A DNA stretch of 63,977 nt, counting the filler, from Trypethelium eluteriae (lineage: Eukaryota), in NCBI GenBank assembly GCA_051942245.1. It is 3 parts of 3 records of this genome, joined end to end, with 100 filler letters (N's around TTAATTAATTAA, not from the genome) between each part and the next. Parts side by side here need not be neighbours in the genome. Positions count along the whole stretch, not along the records: positions 21,785 to 43,459 come from JAVECL010000465.1; positions 43,560 to 63,977 come from JAVECL010000497.1; 1 more part is not named here. One strand, written 5' to 3'. The notes beneath the pieces are model-generated. The model was not told the DNA's origin. It searched no databases and was given only the letters and a program-made list of their open reading frames with translations. Shown piece by piece: positions 41,887 to 55,356 of the stretch. The translations under genes and the position numbers were made by a program. How positions within the stretch are numbered: position 1 is the stretch's first letter; each line of letters starts with the position of its first letter.

Positions 41887-42450
41887 TACTTTCCCAAGTA
41901 CTCTCCAATACTATTTCCCTCTCCTTTTCAACCTGTTTCTACGGCGCTAAACAAAGGCGCATATTAAACGTCACGAGCACTTTCTCAAAGTTGAATGTAG
42001 CAGGCTTCTCTATATCTCCATTATGCCTGTCCAAGGTATTGGGCTCGATCCGATTTTGCATGCGAAGAGAACCACAATATCTGAATCTCGTATGTTTCAG
42101 TCAAAGGAGACTTTAGTTTGTAGGCTTCGTCCTCGGCGTGTCTGAGTCTATGTCATAAATTTGCAGGATCAATTACTGTGTCGTGATTGAGATGATAGGC
42201 GCGATTCAAGTGATATTTGTAAACGGTGTGTCAAGGAGCAATCATCGCAAGAGTGTGACTGCGGCGGGCGTGGAGTACCAAGGATACATCCACCAAACCA
42301 CGACAAGAGGTCAACTCAACGCGACAATTCACTCCGTACCCACCTCTGTGTACCTCCATTCCCCGGACTTCATCTTTCAAATACCAACTGTCTCTCGGTA
42401 TCTCCACTGGCCAATTTCTCAATTAAAAGTGTCTTGCTACATCCTCAGGC

Positions 42451-43459
42451 ATGGCTTCGTCTGTGGAGGCCGAACCTCCAACAATTGAACAAACACAATC
42501 GACCGCACAACCAGCCAAAGGCCAGTACCGGTCGTGGAGGTATGTTGGCAATATCGCGATCTGGATCAACGTGTCTAACCATCTGTAGGAAGAAGTATCG
42601 CAAGATGAAGCTCAAGTTTGACGAAAAGATGAAGGAAAGCGGCAGCCTATGCAAAGAGGAGATCAAGGCCAAAGAGGTCGCTCGCCGCTTACAAGAGCAG
42701 AATGAGTATGCTGCTTTCCTCAGAAGCTGGATAACGGAGCTAATATGGTGTGATCAGTCGAATACTGGACATGCTCCTCGACATCAACAGCTCCCTGCAG
42801 ATCCCATCAGACATGCGCTTCAACCTCCACGACCCTCCAGGGACTCCTCCCCTATCTGCAATTCCCGAGCTTGAATCCGACCATCCAACATCTCTCACAC
42901 TTAAGGTCGAACAATTACGGCAACAAGTCCAAGACGGCCATCTTAACCAGCTTGATTTCATCGACCTCGAAAAAGCACTTACCCAGAGATTAACCAATCT
43001 CGGCACCAAATCGATTAGCTCCCTCGCAAACGTCCCACATACTGACCCTAACAATCCCTCCACCGCCGCTGTCCTAGGCGATTCTCTCAACGATATACTT
43101 GGCATCAGTGAAACTAATAAGGATGGTTACGGCTACATGGACCCTAATCACGCCGACGCCCTCCTCCTCGACCTCGATCGTTCTATCAGTGAAGCCTACA
43201 CCAATAGCTACCCTCCTCTCGTACACCCTCCTACCCCTGAACCCACCGAGAAGGACATCGTGGCTAACAACCCGGTGTCGGTACAAAACTACCTACGGCG
43301 ATACCATCCGCAGATCTTCCTCCAGGATGCGGAGAATGCGTTGGCAGAGAAGGCAACGCGTGAAGGCGGAGGTGTGGGAGGTGGTGGGAGTAAGCGAGGG
43401 GGCGGGAAGCGCGCGAGTAAAGGGACGGCGGGCATCGAGACGAAGATGGAGTTGGATCC
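42451..43459 (+). CDS. IEC3: INO80 complex subunit Iec3-like; 3' end lost in the gap
   Basis: SWRKKYRKMKLKFDEKMKES..EQN..ILDMLLDIN and NPVSVQNYLRRYHPQIFLQD. Two GT-AG introns. Confidence 0.8.
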
Positions 43460-43559
43460 NNNNNNNNNNNNNNNNNNNNNNNNNNNNNNNNNNNNNNNNN
43501 NNNTTAATTAATTAANNNNNNNNNNNNNNNNNNNNNNNNNNNNNNNNNNNNNNNNNNNN
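43460..43559. other. Artificial scaffold/contig linker
   Basis: 44 N + TTAATTAATTAA + 44 N, identical to the first linker. Confidence 0.97.
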
Positions 43560-43649
43560 GCAATCTTCAGCCCAATCTCTACTTCCTTACTTCACGTCTA
43601 CTGTAAAGACTATCGCAACATACTTTACGCAAATGCTAAAGATCTAGCA

Positions 43650-44766
43650 GGCTTCAACCAGTCACCCGATCTACTGAACTTGTGGCTCGAAATATTAACA
43701 TTGACAAGAGTTGTTCTAAAGAACATGCTAAACTACTGATGGAAGAATTTGAGATCGTCACGCAAATGGGGGAATATACAAGCGCACATCAGACCGAAGG
43801 GCCGTATTTCGATGCCTTCTTTTCCAAGGAGAATCGAGAGCAAAAAAATTTCAAAGGAGACATGGCCACAGTCTACAAGCGTTTGGGACAATTAGCAGAG
43901 ACTAGCTACACGAGTCATGAGATCACGGCAACATGCAAGAATGATGCATCCAAATGTCTTATTCGAAAGGATAACTGGGATGGCCAACAAGCGTTCGCCG
44001 CATACATGGAAGCAAACGAGAAAACTATGAATTTCTGCGACATCTTTTTCGACCCTACCGTAGTTAAACCAACAAAGCAGTATATCGAGGAATTCAAGAA
44101 CAAGAAGGAGGACGCTAATTGTCAGACTCTGACTGATTTTCGGAACACTAGGGCGGGTATTATTATCCATGAACTAACCCATACTGGATTTGGGATGAAC
44201 GATCGTGCAAAGTAAGTTCTACAGTGCATACAATTGTACTTTTCTCGCTCTGAGACTGCTTCTCTAACACTTTTATCCACGAAAACTGCAACCTTTCCAT
44301 CGTCGAGACCCGATGGCTGATTATTAGTGACAGGTCCCAGGATTACGCCTACAACGTGGAAAAGTGTCTTCAACTTGCGGAAGGTACATATGACCGCTCT
44401 ACAATGGGTTCCAATGTCAAACTTTTCAATCACAATACCAAGCAACAGATCATTGCCACCAAAGCCAAGAAGCCTTTATGTCCCTCCAAAGATGACTCGA
44501 CAAAGGAGGGTATCTGCTCACCGACCCACTCCTGGGATAATGCCGACAACATCATTCTCGTGTCCGTGGGAGTGTACTACTCGCACTTGGCAGGGAGGCA
44601 GATCGAAATTGTTCCTCAGAAAGCCGCTAGCCCATCTCCCCCGAAAGCCCGCCTGCTGCGGAACCGTGCTACGAATAAGCCAGGTTCTTGTCCACCACGA
44701 CCGACTCTCCCAGATATGTTCGATCTTCCTTCCGATTTTGTGCTCCGCAGTCGGGGACATTCCTAG
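43650..44766 (+). CDS. M35/aspzincin-like (HEXXH+D) metallopeptidase-fold protein; 5' exon probably lost in the gap
   Basis: MNFCDIFF, AGIIIHELTH, intron 44212-44333, then SQDYAY and DNADN. Several Cys. Confidence 0.75.
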
Positions 44767-45691
44767 ATGCGCGATTGGAGCCCCTTCACCGCGTTATACG
44801 GACGATTCTACAAGTTTAAGAAAACCCTACGGAGAAACTCGTATAAATGCTCAATTGAGATAAGTCCTAGTTTTCAAGAGCCCGCAGAGTTAAGAGCACT
44901 TTTCTGGATTTGTTTTCCTAATGTTTTCCATTTCTGTCACTACGTGTTTCTTTTTTTGGTCTAATCACCTTGTTTGATTTACGGAGTCCTGTCGTCATCT
45001 GATTTGGGCGTAATTACCATACGTCACGTATTCTACCTTCTTCACGACACTGAGTATCAATCATCTATTTTTTGGAATCAATCTCATCAGCGTGAATTTC
45101 TAGTTATTGCAAAAAGCGGTACTGACAAATTTTTGGTTGCAAAAGGCCATAGCCAGCGCCGAACAACCGTTACAGGATCAGTTATCAGTCAACTGATAGC
45201 TCCCAAAGCATCCTAGTTTGTGGTTGTCAATAAGGTCTGGTTGCCGAAATTGCGAACGATTACCTAGATATTTGGTCAGACTCTCCACTAGAGGTCCACA
45301 GGGTGGCAAGACGACATTAATTAGGTTGGAAATTACCAGATGAAAATCTTTGACATTCTACATAGTGCCAGATGGCTTCTGCACAAGATCCTTGCGTCTT
45401 ATCGTACTATCGCTATCGAGCTTCCTAGATTGAATCCAGTTGTGCCGGATATTATCTGGGTAGTGGAGGCAGATAAGAGGAGTCAATTTAGAGTTTCGGA
45501 GAAACGAGGCAAGCCACTAATTGCACCAATACAATGAATCATTCCAAAATTCGTCGACTTTGGGATTCTCTCGCTCCTAAATGCCAGACAGGAGAGTCGA
45601 GTGTTTAAGGCAACACCACGCCCTCTTACGAGTACATATAATACATCCTACTCCCTATTTTACATCATAACCTCCATTTCTCACCAAAGTC

Positions 45692-47396
45692 CTACAACGC
45701 CCCACCTACCAACCTCACAATCGCCATTGCAATCCTCACATGCAAGCCTACCCTCCTCTCCGTCCTCGCATAATCGTCCCTACGCATCTCCGTCGCCCAC
45801 TCCTGCAACCACGTCTCCTCGTCCCCCAGCCTTCGCTTCAACTCCTCATCCCTCGTCACGATCAAGCAGTTCGCCTCCAGATCCAACGAGTAGCTCCGCT
45901 GCGTATAGTTCGAGCTCCCCACGAGACTTACGCTGGGCACCTCTTCTCCCGGCAGCGTCACCCACAGACCCTTGGCATGGTACGTCCAGCCGCCGGGTTC
46001 GTTCACCGTGCCGCGGCGCCACTCCTTGAGCGCGATGCGCGACGCGAGACCCGACGTGGAGACGGCGTCGAGGAAGCGGCGAGAGAGCAGGGTGTATGCG
46101 GCGGGGAGCATGCCGCTGATGCCTTTGCTGCCGTAGAAGCCGTTGGCCCAGGGGGAGGCGGCGAGGACTGTGGCGGAGGCGGGCTGGCTGGAGAGGAGGA
46201 GAGTGCGGATTTCGGGGGTCATGTTGAAGTAGCCGGCGGTGAAGGTCCAGCGGGAGTGGGTGAGAGCGGGAAGGGTGAGGGCACGGAGGACGGAGCGAAG
46301 GCCAGGGAGCTCGGTGGATGTGTCATGGGGCCTGAGGAGGGGCGTGAACTGGAGAAGGGGATATACAGTTGTGTTGTTGGACGGCTGGGGGCGAATTGGG
46401 GCGGAAGAGGGCTGAATGAGCGGGTTCAGGAGCTGGGTAGCATGTGCGCGATATTTTTGGGGGTCTTGAAGCGGGGATGGGCAAGGGCGGTTTTGGGGCC
46501 AGTCGAGCCCCAAACGACTCGAGGCTTGGTCTGGAGATTTAAGCTGGAAGCTTATGGAGCAGACCGCGTCGTGTATACGCCTAAAATAGTCCGCAATGTC
46601 TTTTGAGGAAAAGACATGGTAGCGATCTTGCCGATTGGTGAAATAGTCGTTGGATAAATTTGCACCGGACACGATGAGCTCATCATCAACGCCGTAAAGC
46701 TTCATGTGCTGTAGCCCCCAGCCTTCATTAATGCGTCGAGGGAGAATGGCTTTTCGGATCCCTGTCAAATTCGGCGTGTGGAACATGCAAACCTCAACAC
46801 GGTCGGGTCCAAATTCTTCAACAAGAGTGCAGAGGAGGCTTGCGCATGATGGCTGAGGATCTTCCCTTGTACCCCGAAGTGCATCGGTAAGGATAGAGAC
46901 TTTCAAAGACGGATTGGCTCGCAAAGCATCACGGATCGTGTCGATCTATGCGTGTTAGTAAAGTACGTCTATTATCAGACAGAATGCGTACTAGATCACG
47001 TTCCGACTTTCCAACATACAGCGTGGATAAGTAGATCCTATACTTTGCATGACGAATCTTTGTCTACTTGGAACTAGTCAACTGTCTGCATGAAAAATCG
47101 TCCTGGACGGGAAAAGTCTTGAGACTCACCTTTAGAGTGGTGTAAAATTCATCGGGAGACTTCAGTAAGGCAATCTGGTCCGCTCGAATCTTGAATGATG
47201 GGGCGATTTTATCAAGTTCATCGGTCACCATGGCAAATTTTGACGCTGGCGAATATACACTGGGAATCTGTCCAACGGATGCCGAAGTCGCATAGTGACG
47301 GGTTCTCAGTTGCTCGCGTCGAATAGAAGGGAATCCGCCCTTGGGGATGTTGTGGTGTTGACATCTTGTGCATCTTGTGAGATGCCGTGTCAACAT
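45692..47396 (-). CDS. PGS1: CDP-diacylglycerol:glycerol-3-phosphate phosphatidyltransferase (phosphatidylglycerophosphate synthase)
   Basis: PLD-type motifs GLQHMKLYGVDD..SGANLSNDYFTNRQDRY and WTYHAKG..GSSNYTQRSYSLDLE. Mitochondrial presequence and two introns. Confidence 0.95.
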
Positions 47397-47432
47397 TCTA
47401 TAGCTACGCTAAAGATTATCAATCTGCTAGCA

Positions 47433-47463
47433 ATCCATTGCGGTCTGCATCCATTGCGGTCTG
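47433..47463. repeat. Perfect 15-bp direct repeat (ATCCATTGCGGTCTG x2) in the PGS1/NDUFA12 divergent promoter
   Basis: Copies at 47433-47447 and 47449-47463. Confidence 0.85.
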
Positions 47464-47621
47464 TTAGAGCAGCTCATGAATGGGTTGTGGTTGAATTTCC
47501 TCTATAAATCGATGTTCGGCTTTCCATTGCCATACTGCGCTAGTCCCGAAGGGGGTGGCTATCGTCGACCGCAACCAACGACGATACCGCGCATTCAACT
47601 CTCTATTTACAGTTCGGCATC

Positions 47622-48407
47622 ATGTCTACAATACTCAGGACCCTCCGAAATCTTCGGAAAATTGGCTTCAAGGTAAGCATGCCCATATTGCTTGAAAGCA
47701 ATTGTGAGCTGATCCGCAAATACAGGAATACGGCCACCAAATGCAAGTACGTGAAGCGCATGTCTTTTCAACTTCTCTCGCTTGGTCCCTCCCATACTCA
47801 CCGGGCCCCGCTGCTAGTATATGGGTGATACCAAAGCTGGTACCTTCATTGCAAAAGATAGATACGGTAACAAATACTTCGAGAACCTCGAAGAAGAGCT
47901 CCCACGTTAGTCGCGTATCCAGCATTCCCACTCTGGAAGTACTAAGAAATCCTTCGACAGTGCGGACACGCTGGGTGGATTACCACGACAAAGAGTTCGA
48001 TCCGTAAGCTATCAAACCCCAATGTCTTCACTAACGACTGACCCTCTTCCAAGCTCTCAAATAGAACCCGGCTGGTACGCCCTCCACCATGGATCAACCC
48101 CCTCGACATCTCCGTCTCATTAACACAAACTCTCAGGCACGCGTGGATGTCTTACATGGTCGATAAGCCACCATCGGCAGATCCAATCAATCAAACCAGA
48201 GTGCGGGAATGGGAGCCTAAGGAGCATCGGCCCACCCTCACCTGGAGTCGGTCGGCTTACCGGCCTTACAGCACGTATGTCACTCTGAATTCTCCCCCAC
48301 GAGTGAATGTCAATAATCCTCAAAATCCTTGCGGTTATTCTGACGCGGTACATAGGACGAAGAATAAGTACTCAGCCTGGGTGCCAGAAGCGAAGCCAAG
48401 AGTTTAG
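47622..48407 (+). CDS. NDUFA12: Complex I subunit NDUFA12 (B17.2/N7BM), 7 exons
   Basis: Spliced product MSTILRTLRNLRKIGFKEYGHQMQYMGDTKAG..DRYGNKYFEN..RTRWVDY..SQIEPGWHAWMSY..KYSAWVP. Confidence 0.92.
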
Positions 48408-49244
48408 TGGGAGAATTGGTTGAATGAAGACTATGGATGTCCAAGGAGTTTGTACATATTCAATGGGAAATTTCATAACGGAATTGTATACTTCCGATGG
48501 ATAGGATCCCTTGTTGATGAGAGTTGGAGATCTTTCCGGTCATCTTCGCACACAAGGGCGATCCTATAATCCAAGCCCAGCAATTTCCGTCAGAGGTGCT
48601 CGCTGTATGATGCTAGCATCGCCAGTTATGTTGTAACAGCATTGCGTAAGAGTCGTCTCTGACTGGCTGTTAGGACGTCTGAGTTCCCTGAGGTACGATG
48701 CGGTGTAAATTTTACTTTTCACCGAGCACGAATGATATTCTGATTACACCGATGAAAAGGCGATTACTTTCACCTCTCTGGATGGCTTCTACGACCTGAT
48801 CTGTTAAGCTTCAGCCTAGAGTCTTTCGCGCCGCATTCATTGTATCCAAATGAGATTCATCCCGAACATTGCCGGTAGAGTCTTAGGATTGCCATTGGAG
48901 TTCACGTTCTTGACTGCTCCATCCCTCTTAGCGGAGAATTATGTTAGTGCATATAGGATCCTTGGGCCGGGAGCTATTCTTCCTTGTCTTTGAGGCCCAT
49001 AGGAAGGTTTACAGCCAATGCTACACCTTTGGTTCCAGCGTGGCAAGGAGCCTGCTTTGGCTGTATTCCATGTATTCCGATCTTAGGTTCGCCAGGAGAT
49101 GATGACCGCATGAAACCGGGCTTCTGCCACAGGATTCTTCGGAAAACTAGCTCTCTATAAGAAGCAACGGAGGAGATTTTCCAACAAGTATGCAATCAGA
49201 TCTTTACTCCATAGATTACACGCCGTCATCACAATGCTACTCAG

Positions 49245-51286
49245 TCAGTTCCGCATAGCCTCTTGCGCCATTTCACCCACGAGTCCAGCCCACTCACTAA
49301 ACAAGATTCCCTTCAATACCGTATCACCTTCGTCCACAGCCCAATGCCCCGCCTTTACTAGCTTCTCCCTCCACGCCGCCTGCTGATGCGGTTCTAACTC
49401 TTCCCACCGCTTCGCCTTAGCTCCTCGCTCACTCGCTAAGTATGCTTGAGCATCAGGTTGGACATCCAGGGAAAGGTCTTCGGGAGCATGTTCATGAACA
49501 ACCACAGCCTGGGATTCTGTTGGGTCGTCAGATCTCGATACCTGCTCGACTAGATGCTTGAGCTTTGGCTTGGCGACAGAATCAGACAAGTCTGATGCAG
49601 ATGGTTCTGGAGGGTTGTCCGGGAGGAGGCGGGCCTTGAGGCCGGCGAGGTTAAGCTGACTGATGACAGACGCGGCCGGGCCCAAAGCGTCGCCGAATCT
49701 TTGTCGCGCGCCTGCGGGAAGGATGTGGAGCAAGCTGCTTCCGGGCTCTAGGACACCCTGTGCGTCCAGGACGCTTTGCATGAGGATGGAGCTAACAGCG
49801 AGGACAAAGGCAATGACGAGAAATGGTGTTAGAGAAGAGAGAAATGACTGAGATGATAGGACATAGCGGCTATTTCGCGAGGTTGGCTTCACAGGAGTGA
49901 GGGGAAACGTATCCACGACAACCTGGTTCGCTGCGGATGTTGATGCAAGGCGAAGATATTGCGGAAGGGCATTTAGGGGCACAGGGTTTGGATTATTTGG
50001 CGTGGCTTCGTCATTCGAAGGACCTGATATCGAAGACGCTGGTCCACGAACAGGACTGTGGAATGGCTCAAAACAGACTCGAGTAATATAAATCGGATGT
50101 ACATCGCGAAGGACAGTAAACTTGCGGAACGTGCTCAGGCTTTCTCTGCTCCCATCGAAGTCGAGCGTTAAGATTTGGATCGAATTGTCAGATCCACCAA
50201 CTGCAACGACGAATTGGCGGTCTCCAGTTGTTCCATCGGCATCAAGGGCGCAGATATCGAATCCAACGGCTTTAGTGCTAAGGGTCTTCCGCAGCGTAAC
50301 AGAGCCATTAGTCGATCCATGAAGGCGAAGAATCAAAAGCTCGGCCCCGCTACTTGGAAGATCCACGAGGAGTATCAGAATGTCCTTGGTCAAGAAGCGA
50401 AGTGCACGCAACTTCGGCCGCCGAGCAGACATGGGTAGAGAGTAAGCGCGATTGGTTTCGCTAGCTGTGGCTTCGTTTTTGGACGCAAAGTCGTAAGATA
50501 GATCCTTTACGTAGACAGAATAGTTTGTACAATATGCTACCAGGTATCGTGCTGCTTCTGGTTCGCCGATATCAACATCCATTACCCGGTCGTTCTTAGG
50601 TAAAGATATACGGCTGATCACGTCTGAATTTGTTGGCGAGCTCGTAGTGGCGTCGAACAGGACAATCTCTTCGTTTGTAGGGGCAAGATCACTTGCTATA
50701 GCTGCAATCCTCTTATTGGGAGTATCTCGCTGAATAACTGGCGAAAGTCGCATGACCCGTTGATACATATCATCCGAAGCACTTATTGTGGGTTTGAAGA
50801 GCGCAGTCTTTGCCAGAAGAGCTAATTCTCCACGCGGCTCATCCTCCCGCTTTTGGCCATTCGTGCTTTGATCGCTTATCCGTTGCCTCTTTCTTGGAGG
50901 GTAACTGATCTCAAAGCTACGAAGGTGCTCGTTCTTCCCACTCTTGCGGTCTTGTTCAGACGAGTTGATCCCAGCAAACGATATGATGCCATTCTTTGTG
51001 GCAAGGTTCGCGATGGTGCTCACACGATCTTCATCCCTTGAAAGCTCAAGCTCTCCAACATTTTCGATGGCTGCACGTGAAGACACGTCGAGGAGTGTCT
51101 GACACCGAATTAGCGCAAATTATGTGCTGTACACATACGATCACTTACAATCTTGTTGCCCACGCCACTTCGGCCCTCACCTCCACCTCCTCCAACAATT
51201 AGGTACCCGCGACCATAAGGATCAAAGTCGGCCGCGTATACCGGATATGAGAGTGAGAGTTTGGCGAAAGAACCTCCGGATGACAT
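49245..51286 (-). CDS. SEC12: Sec12-like WD40 guanine-nucleotide exchange factor for Sar1, with C-terminal TM segment
   Basis: First exon (ATG 51286) LSYPVYAADFDP..IVGGGGGEGRSGVGNKI carries the Sec12 K-loop. Also NEHLRSF, VHPIYIT and TM segment FLVIAFVLAVSSILMQ. Confidence 0.85.
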
Positions 51287-54200
51287 AGAGAGCTTTTTTT
51301 AAAGAAAAGACTGGTAGACAGGTGCAGAAAGGCTTCTAAGCGGTGCACGTAGTACTCGTCGATGTTAAAGCGTCTGTAACTATTGACAGTCCATTGCGAC
51401 ACAATAAACGATAGAATGGGATGAGGTTCTGAAAGTTATAGAGTGATTATCATTACGGTGTGTGATCGTGATGATCTACGTCAGGGACCTAGACTTGGTT
51501 CCGCCGGCTTTGCCAGATGTTTTTTCCGACTCCATACCGACCGGAGTCATTGTGAACCTCAAAGTACCCCCATACCTGGTTATGCACATTTGTTACAGGC
51601 GTGCTCCATATGGAGTAGTCTATATGTTCTTCGGGAATAGAGAATCTTCCTATCTGATCAAAAGTTACCTAGCGTTTACCTCTTGGGGTCTTTCCTCTGC
51701 GCGCCAAGGCTGGATCTTCGAAGTACCGACCACACCCATTACTCTTTTGGACCGCACAAGCGTTAGGTAGTTTAAGACTTCGTCGCTGTCGATCTATGCC
51801 CTTGTCTACTTCACCGGCAGATGCACAGTCGGAACTGTTTCATCTTACATGACTAGCATCTCATCCTTGCGAAGAATCGCGCACGTTCACCTTCAGACCT
51901 TGTGAAGAGACTTTTCTCGGACGCGCTTCAGGTTTGTTCGGGAAGTTCCAGCTTTCTTACGCCTGTGCAGGTGCTCTCGGCAAAATCGATGAGGGATTCC
52001 CTGCGGCTATTTTCTTGCCCTAAACGAAGATATTGCTCATTGGTCACCCTCACTCTTTTTTATTCCAAATCTTCCAGGTCACATCTGCGGAGAAGCATTG
52101 CACGACAGCAACGTTAAGCTTTCTGCAGAGGCGAGGCTCACTCACAATCCGATCTCGTGGCGTGCTTCCTTTTCGTAGCGACGGTGTCAGGAAAAGTCCG
52201 ATACCACGGAACGCCCGTTGATTGCCCGAGCACTCAGGCTACGGCCCTGCGTCACAGTCTACCGACAGCATCTCTTCCGAATCCGGTCAGACGGGTGCAA
52301 AATTCGGCATTCTTACGTGTGCCAATTTCTGCAAGATTGATGTAAAATGTCCGAATTGGGCAGACTGGCGTAGCATCATGAATTCGTCGACAATGCACGA
52401 TGCCGTCGAATTGAAAAGGCTGAAAAACCACCTGAGAGTTTCGCACGTGTAACCATTCAGCACGACTAACCCTTCGATCTGATAAAGTATGGATTCAGAT
52501 TACAAGGCACATGCTTTTACGTGCTCGTGGATTTTTCATCGGACTTGTATTGATTCGCTCCTGCTGCGGTGAGGCCGTTTCCACTGAACTATTGCTGAGC
52601 GATCGGAATAGGAAAAGGGGAAAGTGATCATTCTCGACTGGGAAAGACGATGCGCCTATCTCGTCGATTTTCGCACAATGGCGCAAGGGATAAAGTCGTA
52701 TTGGTGCTACTCTCTGCATCGTCGCTTGAAGCAGCAGTCTTCGATACGATTGTCAGGCAGCCAACAGCGGACCGGTCGTTCCTGACGGTAGATACTGCAT
52801 CAACAAAAACGGCCGGAGCCTCTAATTATTCGACCCACGACAGACCTCGTCTTACGTTTCTTTGTGAGAAAAGAAGGGCATGGAAGCAAGTTCCCCACTG
52901 GTTTCCTGCCGGCCAGCCACTTCCGGCATGGCTTGGTGAGACGGCAACCGAGGATACACCGTCGAATGCTCTTCTGTTGTCGCGTGTAGCTTCTGTAGCG
53001 GCGCCAAAGGGGAACCCGGATCGGATCCACCGTCTGGACCGGGATATGCCGTCTTCAGTATAGATTTGGTGCATTCAAAGGGCGAAGCATAATCTGTTGC
53101 CAAAACCATGGCCTATATTTTGAGAGGGTTACTACCTTGCGCGAAAATAGCGGAGCTGCTATCGGCTCAAATGTGATACCGTGCACCTGCCTTTCGGCCA
53201 AAGGTCACCAACAGCAACAACAGTGTACCACTACCACTACACCCTAGCTAACAACAACGGCACCGCGCAACCAGACCAATCGAGTCATTATGCATGTCAC
53301 TTCCCATTCAACAGTAGACTGAGCAGCCATTCCCACGAGGACCCAGAAATTAGGATAGGCTTTAGCTAGTACAGCAGCAAAAAGCAATTGGTCATGATAA
53401 TCACAAGAGTCCGCGGTACGGTGCTGCACCAGACAGGGGAGTGCCTCTTAGGGAGGATGGACGCATGCATGGGCGAACGGAATATGCGGCGCGATAATTA
53501 TCTGGGCAGCAGGGCTGAAACTTGGAGCTCTCGCACGCCTCACAATCTCCACTGTTGACCGCATGAACGCGTAGAAAAGATTCCGTCAGAAAGGGCCCAC
53601 CAATCTAAGGCATCGTGGGGAATCATCACGCAATGCGGTGAGACTTTGGGCTCACCAGAATGATAATGCAATTCTCCTTCATACAACACAGGATTTTGGC
53701 CGTTGCAGAGAAATTGGCTCATGACGGGGGAGGCGGAATGACGGATCGGGGAAAGAAAGCTCGGCAGATCCTTAGTTAGAGTAGAACGGCCGACCGCGTG
53801 CCTGAACGTGGATCGGCATCAAGCTTGGCTACAAGCTTGGGACGAGGAAAATCCCAGCCACCGCTGGAGCTACTGCTGCTTGGATTGCTTGGATGAACGA
53901 TCTTGACCGGGGTCGATGCTGCTTGTGTGTAGCCGAGGGGAAGGGTCAAGGACAGGGTACGACAGTCCGAATTTGAGATTTCGCCTGCACCCTGCACCGG
54001 CCTCCAAAACCCTTCCCGAAGCTGCAGTCTTCTGCGCGGATACACCAATAATTCCTGACGCAGACGGAGTGTGTTCGAAAAGCAATGCAAGAGGCAAGAG
54101 GCGAGAGGCCAGACTCCACAGTAATCAAGAAGACGCCAGAGGCCTCGGACCGCGCATGGGGGGGGGGGCGCGGGCTGGGGACGAGCCAGGGCCGTGGCTT

Positions 54201-55356
54201 CAGAAGCTTCCTGGACACAGGCTCGAGAGGACTTGAGAGGCACAAGAGGCGCGAAAGGCACGAGAGGCTTGTCGTTCCTGCCTGACCCACGGCCGGACCG
54301 TGGCGTTGGGCCCTGTGCCGTCGAGCTGTCAGGGACAGGCCGCGTCTGGGGCTGCGCTAGTCGAGCGGCGATTGGACAATGGCTTTGTTGACCTCACGCG
54401 ATTCTATCACGGAGTGACGGGCTGCTCGACTTGTACCGTGTTCGAAGCGCGATGGATGCGAATCCTCCATAACGCTCTTCCCTGGCTTCCTTCAACGCTG
54501 CAGCAGTACCGAGAGCATCATCCTGTCCTCCGCCAGCATGGCCTAGCGCGCAACCTCACCGCGAGGTGGCGATCGTTGCGCAAAGCAGTAATACAGATAT
54601 GCTTCCGCCGTGTCTCTGCACTACCACCCCTTCGACATGCGTCAATTCCCCACGCCTGGACCCCATCGCCATCACCCATGTTCCCCGTATTAAGACTTCT
54701 CGCGCCGAGAGAATCTCCTGAAGCTCACAAGCTGCTGAAGCTACCGCATATCGGTCTAGCCGTGTTGTGACTATCGCGACTCTCACCGCGCTGCCGCTAG
54801 AGGGAAGAAAAGAGCGACCGAACCCTTCAATTGGATTCAGGTCTGTCTGTCTGTCTTCACTCCGCCTCTGTGGCCTCAAATGGGTTTCGGGTTGCCCGCT
54901 TATCCTCCCTTCCTACGTCGTGGAAGATAGTCCACTCCTGCCGGTGAGTCTCTCTCTCCTCCCCCGCACATTCTTCATCCAGCATCCCACCACAACGGAC
55001 CAGATATGCTTTTATACGAGACAAGTTCCCGGTTCTAACGGACCTGAACCACATTTGAAGTGATATCATTTTACATATGGTTCTTCAGTCCACCGCTAAT
55101 ATGCTTTCAACCAGGGGACAGACCCTCCATCTCGTTACATAACATACGCCCTTAATCTAGAGTGACGTATCAGTGACGGCTGGTCAGAATATTACTATTC
55201 CCGGTCGTTGGAGCTGCCGTTCATGGAAGAATCTCATTCCTCATTCTAAATCGGAAATTCTGGGCCTAAGCGCTGCGATTCCACTCCGGTATCCCAGCCC
55301 CAGTTTCAGATATATGAATCGCATGAGTGTCGCGAACGCCTAAGCGATCGCCGAAC

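Noticed and set aside
51400..53900. Numerous short ORFs between SEC12 and the CRIB gene
   Set aside because: No recognisable motifs, codon bias or consistent splice structure; treated as intergenic.
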